A DNA stretch of 51,001 nucleotides, filler included, from Ginglymostoma cirratum (taxonomy: Eukaryota), in NCBI GenBank assembly GCA_024137785.1. It is 2 parts of 2 records of this genome, joined end to end, with 100 filler letters (N's around TTAATTAATTAA, not from the genome) between each part and the next. Parts side by side here need not be neighbours in the genome. Positions count along the whole stretch, not along the records: positions 27,631 to 51,001 come from JAHRHZ010000085.1; 1 more part is not named here. The stretch is one strand, 5' to 3'. Every line of letters begins with the position of its first letter. Position 1 is the stretch's first letter. Shown here piece after piece: positions 36,866 through 49,379 of this stretch. Made by a program: the position numbers and the translations under genes. The notes beneath the pieces were generated by a model that did no database searches, was not told the DNA's origin, and was given only the letters and a program-made list of their open reading frames with translations.

Positions 36866-39582
36866 TCAAGGCAAGATTCGGGGAAGGTCTTTGGCCCACT
36901 CCCTGAAATAATTAGTTATTGCTTGACTCACAGTCTGCCATTACCAGAATTCTGCCTGCCTCTTGGGTTATTGTCCCCAGTCATGGGGTAACGCTCCAAC
37001 ACACCCCAAGTTCCTTCGCCGCCCACGTGTGATGTCCTGAACCTGGGATCTCGGCAACACAGCCTTCAGAGCACTAGATCCTGGCTGCAGAGAACAATGT
37101 TTATTCCTCTGTATTATTTCCGATTACAACTACATTTCTCTTTTCTCCCCAGTCTTGAATGGGCGTGTGGACCATCGCGCTGCAGTTAGTTTGGTCATCA
37201 TCCATGCAATGCCTGCTCTCACCTGCATGGGAAGCAAGAATCTCAAACCTGTTAGACAAGCTCAAGGGCTGACATTCCTTCAGAGTGATCTCCTGGATCC
37301 CTCTGCCTGCCTTGCTTATAGTCACAAAAACAGAAAATGCTGAAAAAAAACTGTGCGGGTCTGGCAGCATCTGAGTGAAAGCAGAGTTCATATTTTGTGT
37401 CCAGTGGCCGTACTTCAGAACTTCACGACTCAGCCTATGTCTGTAATTTCATGAATATTTGGTTGAGTTTTGTGGCGATGTTTCTATCTCATTTTAATGA
37501 GGTGATCTTGTCATAATTCTTAAGTCTTACAGTCGGATTTCCCCTTCATCTATTAAGCTAGAATCAAAACTGTTCATGACACCATGCAATAAATGTGCAC
37601 GGATCTTGAGACTTTGAACATAATGTATTTCAATGTACAATACTGAATGGAACATGGCAGATATCCTGTTTGGATGCATGGCATATTACTGCAGAAATCC
37701 AATCACACATGCAGCAGTGTGATGGAAAACTTGGAAGGCTGGGGGAAGAATAGAAGCGCAGTTGACACAGAGTACTGTCTTCAGTACATTTACTGTCTTC
37801 AGTAATTCAGGTACTAGAGACCCAGCTGAAGATCCAAGCTCAAAATAGGACTTGATCAATGCATTAAGTACCAGATAATAGGTGGAACAAACACATTGAA
37901 AGGACGAACAAATGTTGAGTAGATGCATAAGTGAATACTTGTAGTGGGTTTGGAATCAAATATTAGTATAGTGATTATGTACTGGTGCAATAGCTGACAG
38001 AAAACACAGCTAACGCACTGATATACACACAACCATACAAAGTGAAGCATTTACATGACAATCATTCCACCAGAGCAAGGTAAACTCAAACTAAAATACA
38101 CCGCATAAACATGTAATCCAAAAGTAATACTAACACCCATTGGCTTTCAAACACAGACAGGTAGCACAAGATACATACATAAGATATACACACAGAAACA
38201 TTGAGACAAAACACATGTAGCACACCTTCAAAGGTATACGTTATAATGAGAAAACTTACTGGTTTATATCACACACATATAGACACGCAAAAGTGAGTCA
38301 TTCACCGTGAACCTCTTGCTTAGCAAAACTGTTAGATTTCACTGCAGACGTGACACAAGTAGGTCGCAATATACAACAGCAATGCTCCTCCTGGGTCAAC
38401 AACAGTCGGATCACCGAATCGCCAACAAATGATTTACACGATAACAAGCAGTGGGATTCATTCAAAAACATGATGTCACACTTACGAGCAGCGGTCCTCA
38501 GCAGTGTTATGTCGCACCATTACCCGCAGCACCAGTGCAATCCCAGCAGAAACTCTGAGCCATGATCAGCAACATCGAGTTTCCACGAAAAGAACTCACG
38601 AAACACTCGTTGGGATCACCATCACAAAGTTAAGCATGATGAAGTTACAGCAACAGAAGTGCTAAGTCACCAGGAAACAAAACCTTATTGCAAGAACCAA
38701 CATTAATCAATGGAAGAGAGAAAAGATCAATAGCAAATTGTCTATCACGAGCACTTGTCTCACCCAGATACAAGAATACATATCAGGTCCATATCAGTAA
38801 CTACATCTTGCGAGCAGCAGTACTCTGACCCAGTAAACCACAGGAAACAGGTCAGCAGCAGATAAAGAATAATAACTAACAATAACTGCACAGTCATTGC
38901 ACAATCACCAGCTGCAGTGTACAGTGTGAACATGTGCTGGGCAGATAGAAAAATCGTTTCCCCCAAAAGCGGTTGTGTGGAGACAGATATTTGATCAACG
39001 TTTTGTTCAATTTGGGATGATGTTCCATTCCATAGTTGATATGAATGTGGTTAGAATCAAGCATGCCTATCAATTACAGAGTCCCATGTCAACTGAAGGA
39101 GAGTCAGTGTGGCGGACTCAACCCTAAATCACCATTGCTTTTTTAAAAAATCACAATGCTACCGAGACGTACAGTTGAATTTCCACAGCACACACCCATC
39201 CAAAAGCCCAGAGGTGCAGTGAAAACAGTGAATTGGGAGCTGACTGTTTCATTGCACTACCATGGATTTGTGAGCACGAACTGGTCAATTTGACGATTCG
39301 CTAAGAGCTGCAGCAAATCGGAAATGTTCAGTGGATGCAAAAATGCATATTGTGCTATAGGTTGATGAGAAAGGAAAAGTTTCAAAGTTCCACAATGTGC
39401 GGTTATCTCTCACGTTAAACGGAAACCAGAGCCCTGATGTTGGAGATACAGTTATATTTGCTAAGATTTATTGCGACAGTCTCAATACCATACAATGTTC
39501 AGGTGCTTCTATCCATACTGCACTTTTATGACTTTTGTTCAGTGAATTGCTAGCGAATTTGATTTTATCAACTTTGGTCAAA

Positions 39583-39637
39583 ATGTCGGTCCTTGAAAGA
39601 GCGTGGTACCTGTCAGTCTTGGGCATTATTTACACAG
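39583..39637 (+). CDS. Leader exon of the VJ-C1 receptor gene (MSVLERAWYLSVLGIIYT)
   Basis: ATG, 55 nt, hydrophobic, phase-1 donor CAG|GTACAC, 109-nt intron, in frame with the V exon. Confidence 0.8.
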
Positions 39638-39746
39638 GTACACAAACCAAAACTTGTCTGATAAAAAAAAAAGAGTAAAAACTGTCGAGAGTTCTGCTTC
39701 GAATCCACGCTTATATATGTGTATGTTTCTTTTTTGTTTCTGACAG

Positions 39747-40067
39747 CTACCAACGAAATCCCTTTCTCTGCGACACAATTCCCCACGTGCCTGACCGCAC
39801 TGGAAGATACAAATGTGTCCATGTGTTGTTCCATTCCGCCATTCGATAATAACCCATCGGTGGACGTTTACTGGCGGAGAGGCGACAAGGACAATGCTTT
39901 GAACCTGACAGCAGACAATAGGAAACTAATGTTCCCATTCAAACATGGATCTACTGAGTTCCAACTGCTGAATGTACATTTCCAGGACTCCGGAATCTAT
40001 TATTGCAGCATTAAGGCCGCGGGCAGGAAGATTTTCAATGGAACTGGGATGAGGCTGATCGTGCACG
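39747..40067 (+). CDS. Germline-joined VJ-type Ig domain exon (NCR3/NKp30- or SIRP-like)
   Basis: TQFP..VSMCC..VYWRR..FQLLNV.FQDSGIYYC..IFNGTGMRLIVH in one 321-nt phase 1-1 exon; donor G|GTAAGT; no RSS. Confidence 0.93.
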
Positions 40068-40279
40068 GTAAGTCCCCCTGAACTATTAATGGGTCAGTGT
40101 AAAGTTCCACAGCTATGAAAGGATATGTCACAGAATAAAATAACAGAAACTAGTGTTCGTTGCTGAGATCTTTTTGCGCTTGCCGGGCCCCTGCTATGTA
40201 TCGTAAATCAGTTAGTGTAATTCAAAAAGCTGACTTTTCTGTTCGTCAATGCTCTCGAAACGAGCACAACCTATTTAAA

Positions 40280-40742
40280 GTGATAGTAGGAACTGCCGAT
40301 GCTGGAGAATCTGAGATAAAACGTCGTGGAGCTGGATGAACACAGCAGGCCAAGCAGCATCAGACGAGCAGGAAAGTTGACGTTTCAGGTCGAGACCCTT
40401 CTTCAGAAATGGGGGGGTGAGGGGAGGAGATTCTGAAATAAATAGGGAGAGAGGGGGAGGCGGACAGAAGATGGATAAAGGAGAAGATTGGTTGAGAGGA
40501 GACAGACAGGTCAAAGAGGCGGGGTTAGAGCCAGTGAAGGTGAATGTTGGTGGGGATTTAGGTGGGGGATAGGTCAGTCCAGGGAGGACGGACAGGTCAA
40601 GGGGGCGGGATGAGGTTAGTGTGTAGTAGATGGGGGTGGGGCTTGAGGTGGGAGGAATGCTTAGGGAGGTGGGGACGAGCTGGGCTGGTTTTGGGATGTC
40701 GTCGGGGGAGGGGAGAATTTGAAGCTTGTGAAGTCCACATTT
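40280..40742 (-). mobile_element. Penelope-like element 3' fragment in the V-C1 intron
   Basis: Aligns by eye with 25683-26135. Confidence 0.85.
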
Positions 40743-43700
40743 AAATATCGCTTTTTTTTAAAAGAATTTAAAATAATATGCAGATCCTTGGGCCACAAAG
40801 AACGCTTATTCCTATTGCACATACATCACAATTTCCTTCATGATGTGTTTTAGTGAAGTTATCGTCAATCGATTCACTTGAGATTATTAAAATAATTATG
40901 TGGTGCTCTCGCCTAATAATTTGGAACACTGATCATGTCAGGAAGAAGAAAGGGAGGAAGGTCATGGATTCGAGAGTTTGTGTTTAAGAAGGTTTGTCAA
41001 GTAACAGCGCATTTTATAGATGACGCACACTGCCAGCAGAGTGTCTCTACAGTTCCAGCATTTACTGTCCTATGTGTACCGTCATCGGTGGAGTTTATTC
41101 AGACTTTTGCGGAATATTGTTGTAGTAACGTGGATACACAATTTAGCGGGTATTGGATCGTAATTTTTGCTTGTAGCTGGCAATGTGTAAACTCCTGAGT
41201 CATTTGTTGCAGAATCCATGAGGTTTCTGGCCGCACATTTCTGTTTAACTGCCTAACAAATTCAAACATGGGATAAACAGAAATTACTGGAAAATCTCAA
41301 CCGGTCTGGCAGCATCTCTGCAGAGAAATCAGAGTTAACGTTTCGGGGCCAGTGACCCGTCTTCAGAATTCTAAATTCTGTTTACTGTTACTGATTTCCA
41401 GCACCCACAGTTCTTTCGTTTTTCTCTTTCAGACATGAAAAATATTGATTGAACTAATGTTCATTTAGTTTAAAAGATCCATCGCAAAGGAAGTATTCGG
41501 TTCTCAACGAAATCTTATGTGGATCCATTTCATTCGTTATTCTCATGTGTAGAACTCAGTGTATTTATCCTTAGCACAGACTCTTTCCCTGATTCTCTTT
41601 GGAATCAGTCAGGATGCAGTAATGGAATCAATTGGGATACGGTGTGCCTGAGGAAGTGAATGTTCTGAAGGAGGGTTTCCGGACGCGAAACTTTAACCCT
41701 GCTTTCTGTCCACAGATCTTGCCAGCTCCGCCCAGTTTCTCCAGCAATTTCTGCTTCTGCCACAGTATGTCAGTAACCATATCACAAAAGTGGAAACGGG
41801 GGATGGATATGTTGGACTGAATGAAAATAAAACAAAGTTACACAAACACAGCTGTTATAAATTGCGATTTAGACAATAATTATGTCTAGAATTGCTGACA
41901 GCGGATTATATCTATGCTGATAGTGTTTACACAGAATATCCCGCTGGTTTCATGGCTTTTTCCCCTTGGAGGATAGAAGACAGAGTGGTGACCTTACAGA
42001 GGTATATAAAATCATGAGAGGCATAGAAAAAGTAGATGATGGACTCCGTTTCCCCGTGATTTCATCCTGTCGGTCTCTGTGGCTCTGTGACTCTCTGGCC
42101 ACTTGCACATTGCAAGCTAACACATTCTGAAAGCACATTAAGAGATGGTATTGCATTGGGTGAAGTCATTTACATTAAGATGGCGCATACATGATAAGTT
42201 TGTTTGAACCGATGGAAAATTATGCTTACAGTTATCTTCATTTATGTGCAATGGATTTAGAAACAGCGAGACCCACGATTGACCTGGTGAAATGTATTAA
42301 TCTGGAGATGTACAGCACGGAAACAGACCTTTCGCTTCAATTCGTCTGTGCCAAACAGACACCCTAGATAACTCTAGTCCCATTTTCCAGCATTTGGCCC
42401 ATATCCCTCTAAATCCTTCTTATTCATATACCCATCCAGATGCCTGTTAAATGTTGTAATTGTACCAGACTCCACAAATTCATCTGGCAGCTCATTCCAT
42501 ACACGCACCACCCTCTGTAATGCAGCAAATATTCAATGAGATCTAAAATAAAGAGGTTTTTTTTCAAGTGCTTGTTGAGAAATTAAAATAATAAACCAGC
42601 GGGAGTTCCCATGCTTGAAGGCCGATTTGTGAACTTACTTTTTTGGAACATCTGTTGCTCTAATTCAGTCTGAGTGCCATAGGATCTCATCAGTGAGACT
42701 GAAGTGTTTCTCATAATCCGATGCCATACAGCGAAACATGATTTGAAACTGGGATGAAGTAGATTAAAGACAAGTTAATGACGCAAAATCACAAATTGCT
42801 GAAAAATCTCAACGTGTCTAGCAGCATATGTGTTGAGGGAAAACAGAGTTAACGCTCGCGCCCAGTGACCCTTCCCCAGAGCTCAATGATGCAAATTCAT
42901 TCAGAGGAACCAAGCGCAAAAAGATGTGAGTTACTTTCCACAGGTTCTGCAGAAGGAAGATGTTCTCCACTGGGTGGAACGTTAACGGAGATGCTGTTTA
43001 GGTAACGATAGAACTGGAATAGCATCATTGCGTGAGGCTTAACAAAATGCATGCATAAAGTATATTGGGAATACAGAAACAAACAAACTTCTGTAGAGAG
43101 AATGGGTTTTGACAGAACAGTTTTCAGTCAGCAGGCGGAATCGGGGATGGGGTGATGAGGGGTGATTGACAAACTGAGTACGTCAGAGATTAGGTTTAAC
43201 TCCGAAAAGTAAAATACCCGACTTTAAAGGTTGGCTATTTACTTTGGAAGTGGAATATGGTTTGATGTATTAGTTGTGAAAGCACTTGACAATTAATGCA
43301 TTAGTGGCGAACGGCCCAAAGGCATTTTTTTTTTCTGATGAAGGGTTTAGGCCCGAAACGTCAAGTTTTCCTGCTCCTATGATGCTGCTTGACTTGCTGT
43401 GTTCATCCAGCCCCATGCTTGTTATCCCATGTTCAAATCCCGCCGTGGCGACCGTTGTCCATTGCTGGAAAAGATCTTTCGGTGTAGAAAATTGCTCCCC
43501 TTCCCTGGTCTGGCCTGCATGAGACTCCAGGCCCACTGCAAAATGGTTGACTCTTAACTGCTCTCTGGGCAGTTGAGATTTTGATTCATTATTGTCACGT
43601 CTACCGAGGTGCAGAGAAAAGTGTTGTTTTACATGCTTTACAAGCACATCGGACTGTACAGGTGCATCAGGGTAACAGGATACACATTCGTCCTTTCACT

Positions 43701-43762
43701 TGTTTTGCTGTTGTCATGTACTAGTAGCGTTTTAATACATATTTCCATCAATTTATTCGCAG

Positions 43763-44038
43763 TGCCACCAACTTCAGTGAAGATTGCTCATCTGTCCGAT
43801 CAGCCCCTCACCCTCCTCTGCAAAAGGACTCCTTTTTTCCCAGGGGAGATTCACGTAGTTTGGTATAAAAATGATATCGAAATTACATCTGAGATCAACG
43901 CAATAAAAGTGTGGAAAGAGGGGAGTTTGTTTTAAGTTTCCAGGGTTCTCAATTGTGTGGAGAGCGTATCGGTTTATACGTGCCAGATTTTCCACACAAC
44001 ACTCAAGCACCCAGCTAGTGTCAGTTACACGATTCAAG
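43763..44038 (+). pseudogene. C1-set Ig domain exon with one in-frame stop
   Basis: VPP..LTLLC...FFPGEIHVVWYKN..SLF*VSRVL..YTCQIFH.TL..P; 276 nt, phase 1-1; TAA at 43933-43935. Confidence 0.92.
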
Positions 44039-45469
44039 GTGAGAAATGTGAGCCTTTATTACTGTTTCTCAGTCCCTCGTGTTGTGCGACATCCCGCGAC
44101 CTATTTGAGTCATTTTTAAAGTGTGATAGTGAAAAGCGCCACTGTCCATAGCTTTTGCTTTTTTTGGCGAGGTATCTGACAACATGGCGTAAATGTAAAC
44201 ATGTAAATTTGGTGATATAACTTTGAATGCGGACTATAAATTTCGTAGCTGATCCATTTCATTCTCATGGCATGAGTTATCGGCGATGGAACAGTGATAT
44301 TTTGCATTTATTAGACATCACTTAATTTCACAGCATCCATGGACTTTCTGCTTCAAGATTTTTGCATGGTTTCTAATGACACATGCAGATGTGCAGGTCG
44401 AAGAATTGTTGAGGGTCAAAATGAAAAAGATTTTAGTTTGATTCAGATGTGATCTAAACTCGATTTACATTTGGGAGGTTGCATAAAGTTTACTTTGGCA
44501 GTGTAATCGAAATAAACAGGTCAAATGACATGGATGGACCTGGTATGTTGGGGTATAAACTTAGCGTTCGTAATAGAGCGGAGAAACTGGAGTCATTGCC
44601 TTCAGAAAACTAAACGCCTGCAATCACTGATGTGAGACTGTAACAAAATCTAAAATACTGGTTGACGAACTGGGTCAAATCAATAAAACAAAATGTCTTT
44701 AATTACCCTGTTACTAGCAAGTGCCCAACTTGATACTGCAACCCAGTCCTGGGCACTTGATGAGAAAAATCTTAAGAATGGCCATCGGTTACTACACGTT
44801 AAAAAAAAACCTCCATAGTTATTGTGATTTCAGCATTTAAAATGGATAAACGTCAGGAGGTATTAATTACACAATGAAGGGGCCAGACTGCGTGCATGTA
44901 GTTTTTATTTGTTATCCCATTACTTTCATTAAAGTCAATCGACTTTTTTCTGTATACTTGTGGTTAATTTTTGCTCCACATTCGAGTAGTCGGCCTGTGT
45001 GCCAAAGCCTACCTACCTCCTAAAAGGAGGTGGGCTCTACCTGCTTTGTGTGTCAGTCACTGTTATCAAAACGATCTAATTTCTCAGCTGCTTCTTTTAT
45101 TTTTGTCTAATTACTTTTCTGTAATTTGCACAAAGCTATTTATTTAACTTTAATCGACACAATGATACTTAGAGATATGACGCACAAATACACAACAAAC
45201 CTGTCGCAATATGCTCACATATATAATCTGAACTTGATTAACATTTGAAAATTATTCAGAATTGATAGTCACGTTATATTTTATCATCTGTGACATTTTG
45301 TCAGGCTAAACTTTATTCGGAATAATGAATCACTTTGGAGCGTGCGTTGTACCCTCCATGATAGAGGATGTCCAAGTATTGGCCTGACTTTTTATTGTGA
45401 TTTTGCTTAATTATTTGGAACAATCTTCTCTGCAGAATGCAAACATTCAACTTATTCTGCACCTTCCAG

Positions 45470-45577
45470 GCGACGGCCGCGGTAACTTTCCTGACGCGTT
45501 GGCGCCTGAATGTGCAGTGGGCGGGTTAATAGTTTGATTGTCTCTTGTTGCAATTCTTGTCAAGCGACGGATATCAG
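45470..45577 (+). pseudogene. Transmembrane exon with in-frame stop (GDGRGNFPDALAPECAVGGLIV*LSLVAILVKRRIS)
   Basis: CCTTCCAG acceptor, phase 1-1, hydrophobic span then KRR; TGA at 45535-45537; donor is CAG|GC. Confidence 0.75.
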
Positions 45578-46103
45578 GCAAAACTGCAGACCAGTTCTGA
45601 TAGAACTCTGTTTAGTTGGTTTGTTTGGTCTACTCATTGTTGAATGCTGTAACAGGGACCGTGTAAAATCCAGACTCAGATCTAGATATTCAGAGCAATG
45701 CAGATATCATTCAAAATGCTTGGCTTTCCTTGGTCTCAGTGCTCAAAAGCGGGCAATGCCTGAAGAGAAACCCTTCAGAATAATATGTCCATATCTCGAC
45801 ATTAATGTGAACCAAGGCTTTGATCTCCAGAATAAATGCCAATGATAATGTAGATGGTCGAGATTAAATACCCTGAATGCTGAAACAGGGAAGAGGATCA
45901 ACCGTGAATGAGAAAGTGTGAAATGTGCACTGCAAAAGAATATATTGGACTTTAGACCAAATCTAGTCCATAAGTAGAACCTGATGTTATTTTCTATTGG
46001 TGTCGAATGTGGTCACTTTAATCCAATATTGGGGAGCTCTTCATGCGTCAAGGTCATGATAAGTTTTATTGTTGATATGAGTTTTATTCTCCAATAAGAA
46101 CAG

Positions 46104-46141
46104 AGATTACTGAAGACATACCAGACCGGTTGGAGACACAG
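46104..46141 (+). CDS. Candidate short cytoplasmic exon (EITEDIPDRLETQ)
   Basis: AG acceptor and CAG|GTTAGT donor; phase 1 to 0 joins the TM exon to the last exon in frame; an alternative acceptor exists at 46098. Confidence 0.5.
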
Positions 46142-46287
46142 GTTAGTTCATTCTCATCCAATCAGAAATTAAAATATGCTGTACATTGGCACCATAATTA
46201 TAGGAATTGCACTGAGATAGCAGAACTGTTTTCGTTTATCACAGAACAATCCGTGAGTATGGCTGAGTTAACGTTTCATTTACTTCG

Positions 46288-46418
46288 CTGTGGCGCAGTG
46301 GTTGAGCAGTGCTGCCTCACAGCGGCAGGGATCCGCGTGTGATTGAAGCGTCGGGCGGCTGTCTTTGTGGAGTTTGCACATTTTCCCCGTGTCTGCGTCA
46401 GTTTTTTCCGGGTGCTCA
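46288..46418 (+). mobile_element. tRNA-derived V-SINE (HE1-like) 5' part
   Basis: TGGCGCAGTGG box A, TGCTGCCTCACAGC, TGTGGAGTTTGCACATT.TCCCCGTGTCTGCGT core. Confidence 0.8.
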
Positions 46419-47078
46419 GAAGGTCGCCGAGTTAGCGTTTCTTTCACTTCGTTATCTTCCTCCCCATTGCGAGTGTAATCAGTACCTGATAACTGCAGCA
46501 GCAGAACTTGCTTTCAGGTAATCCATCAATTCTCACAGACTTCAATGCTTGTTCTGATGTTTTCATAGAGCGAGCTGGACAACTATTCAAATATGTGAAG
46601 GATCCCATTCCCGCCCGGTTCTGTTTCAAACGACATTCTCATCCACAATCTTGTACACAGGCTCTCTCTGCACTGATCTGGACTGATCTCCGGGCAGGAT
46701 AACCAGCTGTGCCCTCTTCTCTGCCAAGAGCCACTGAGGCCAACTGCTTTTTTCTGAAATTTCAGAAGTTCTAACTTGGATGCCTGTGAATTTCTGGTTA
46801 GCGAAATGAGATCATTTTTTAAAAATTTGGCAATGATTTAAACTGAACAAGCAGTGGCAAAGAATGGGCACACAACTGTGGGAATTGGATCCGCTGATCT
46901 GCTTATATGAGTATTCTCACATATATAATAGCACTTACCTCTACTACATTGTAGTCACAAACTACACTGCTCTATTTCTCTGCCCTTGTAAGGATTGACT
47001 GTATTGATTCTTGTGTTACTGCATGATGTCTTCAGCATGTAATGTGCAAATAATATCTGCCCAAATATATCTCATCAG

Positions 47079-47195
47079 ATCAGGAAGAGGAGAGAAGTGA
47101 ACAGCCCTTTCTATGCTGCTCTCAATTTCAGTGAGCACAGGAAACCTTCAAAACCCAGGCATGTGGAAGAGCTCATCATCTATGCCAAGGTATGA
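47079..47195 (+). CDS. Terminal cytoplasmic exon with two tyrosine motifs (IRKRREVNSPFYAALNFSEHRKPSKPRHVEELIIYAKV*)
   Basis: IIYAKV fits the ITIM consensus; PFYAAL is ITIM-like; CATCAG acceptor; TGA at 47193-47195. Confidence 0.75.
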   Translation: MRKRREVNSPFYAALNFSEHRKPSKPRHVEELIIYAKV

Positions 47196-49379
47196 GTTTG
47201 ACAAAAAGGAGTGATCAAGTACAATCGTCTAATTTCAATGATGCACATTGACAAAAATTGAACAATTTATTTGAGCAAAAAATGCAAGTGATCTTTCATT
47301 GTTGCTCCCTCAGACTAAACAGAGCATCAACAGTAAACTGACATATGCATCTATGCAATTCACCAATTCCCGGAAGAATGAGAAAAACAACAATCAGAAA
47401 ATGGAAATGGAATATGCACAGATCAAGCCAAACAAGCCAAATGGAGAATCTGAGCTCATATAAACAACTAAAGTGACCAACAATGGGCCAGTCACACAGG
47501 TCCACCATGCAGTGTCTGATTATGGATACTACCAGTACATTGTTGGTTATTTATAATCACATTGACACATAATGGAATGGAAGGAACATACAGAAGATTT
47601 ACTGAGTGAACAACAGAGGGAACTGACACAACAGCTCATCTTGAAATCTACAGCTCCTTTGAAAGAAACAAAGCAGTACAGTATTCATCAAAGTTTAAAA
47701 GTGGGACCATTGAAATGTGAAATGCATTTGTCTAATTGGTTAGGAGTAGATGAGGCTGATTATTTGGGTCAGTTCTGCAACATTATAAAATTTTATTCAG
47801 TAAGAGGAGTACATTTCTGTTCGATCATCTTGACTCCTCTGACAGCATTTAGGTTTGACAAGAAAATGTTCTCACAATTCTTCGAATTATCATATCAGGA
47901 TATCCTTACATTCCTTTCTGTTTCAAGCACTTATCCAGCTCTGCCTGCAATGCACTAATCATCATCATCTCAATGAGATCTTGTAGGAGTAAATTAAGCT
48001 ACTACGTATTTCCTGGGTTAGCAGAAGAAAATTACGACAAGGACAAGAACAATGTATTCACATTAGAGTGACCTTCACTGAAATTTCTTGCTTGCATCAC
48101 ACTATATCCCACCTCATGCCCACACCTTATAGCCCGTAACCCCCTTGTCCATCAAACATCTGCCTAACAATTCTGAATAAATTCTGAAAATATTCAATGG
48201 CCAATCTACAACTGGCTGCTGGGAAAGAAAGTGTTAAAGTCTAGTCACCAGCTGGGAAAGTAAAATTTTTCCTAGTTTAAGTATGGCATAGGTGAGTTCT
48301 TTATTGGAAATCCTCCACGCCCCAGTTTTAAGCTTATGTGGAGATGTCTTTCTGGTTTTTAGCCTGTCAAATCTGCTTAGCTGTTTCAAGATGATCTACT
48401 TTCATTGTTAATAACTTCAATGACATTGGTCCAATCTGTACAAGCCTTTCTGATTAGGCCAGGAATCACATGACACCAGGATGCAGTCCAAGAGATTTAT
48501 TCATCTGATGAAGGGATTACACTTTGAAAGCTTGTGTTTTCAAATAAAGCGGTTAGACTCTAACCTGCGTGTCGTGTGATTTCTGTCCTTGTCCACGCCA
48601 GTCCAACACCAGCAACTCCACACCATGGCCTTGCTGATTAGACAGCCCCTTCGCTCCACATGCCCCATTTTAAGTGAGCATACAAACTGTACAATCTACA
48701 ATGTTTGATTGATTAGTAATCCAAAATTCCAGCTAATTTTCTGAGGACATTATTTTGTATCCCACTATGGCAGTTGGTGAAATTTGAATTCAGTAAATAA
48801 TAAGGAATTAAGATGTTGGCTTAATTGTGACCATGCAACAGTTATTCAATACCTGAACACCCAAGTGTTCAGCAATGTCCATTTTGGAAGGAAATTGGCC
48901 ATCTGTATCAGTCCTGACCTACTGATGTCTCTAGACCTATGGCAATGTGGTTGGACATCAACTGCCACCTAACAAGACCTCACAAGCCATTCAGCTCAAT
49001 GGAATCTTGGGATGGGCAATAAATCCTTGCTCAAGCAGTGTTGTCCACATGTCATAAAAGAATAAAACAAACCTCTGGACTCGGTCGTGACGAAGCAAGT
49101 GAGGAGAGGAAGAAGTGAATGAAGAAAGACTTTGAGCAGAATGCGATTCAGCATTATTCAAAAAGGGGAGGTAAAAGGGGAATAAATATTGATCTTGCTT
49201 TTGGTGCACCTTCTTTGCAGTCATAACTTTGAGCTCCATGCTGTGTTCAACCACCCCGATGATCTTTATATGTTACGATCTGCATGCAAAACAAAACCTT
49301 CCACTTTACCGAGGTACATGTCACAATAATAAATCAAATCAAATCATGCCAAATCAAAAAAATCAAACTATAGGCTGAT

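Noticed and set aside
46245-46285. EQSVSMAELTF, ITIM-like without Tyr
   Set aside because: Phase does not fit the exon chain and there is no tyrosine in frame
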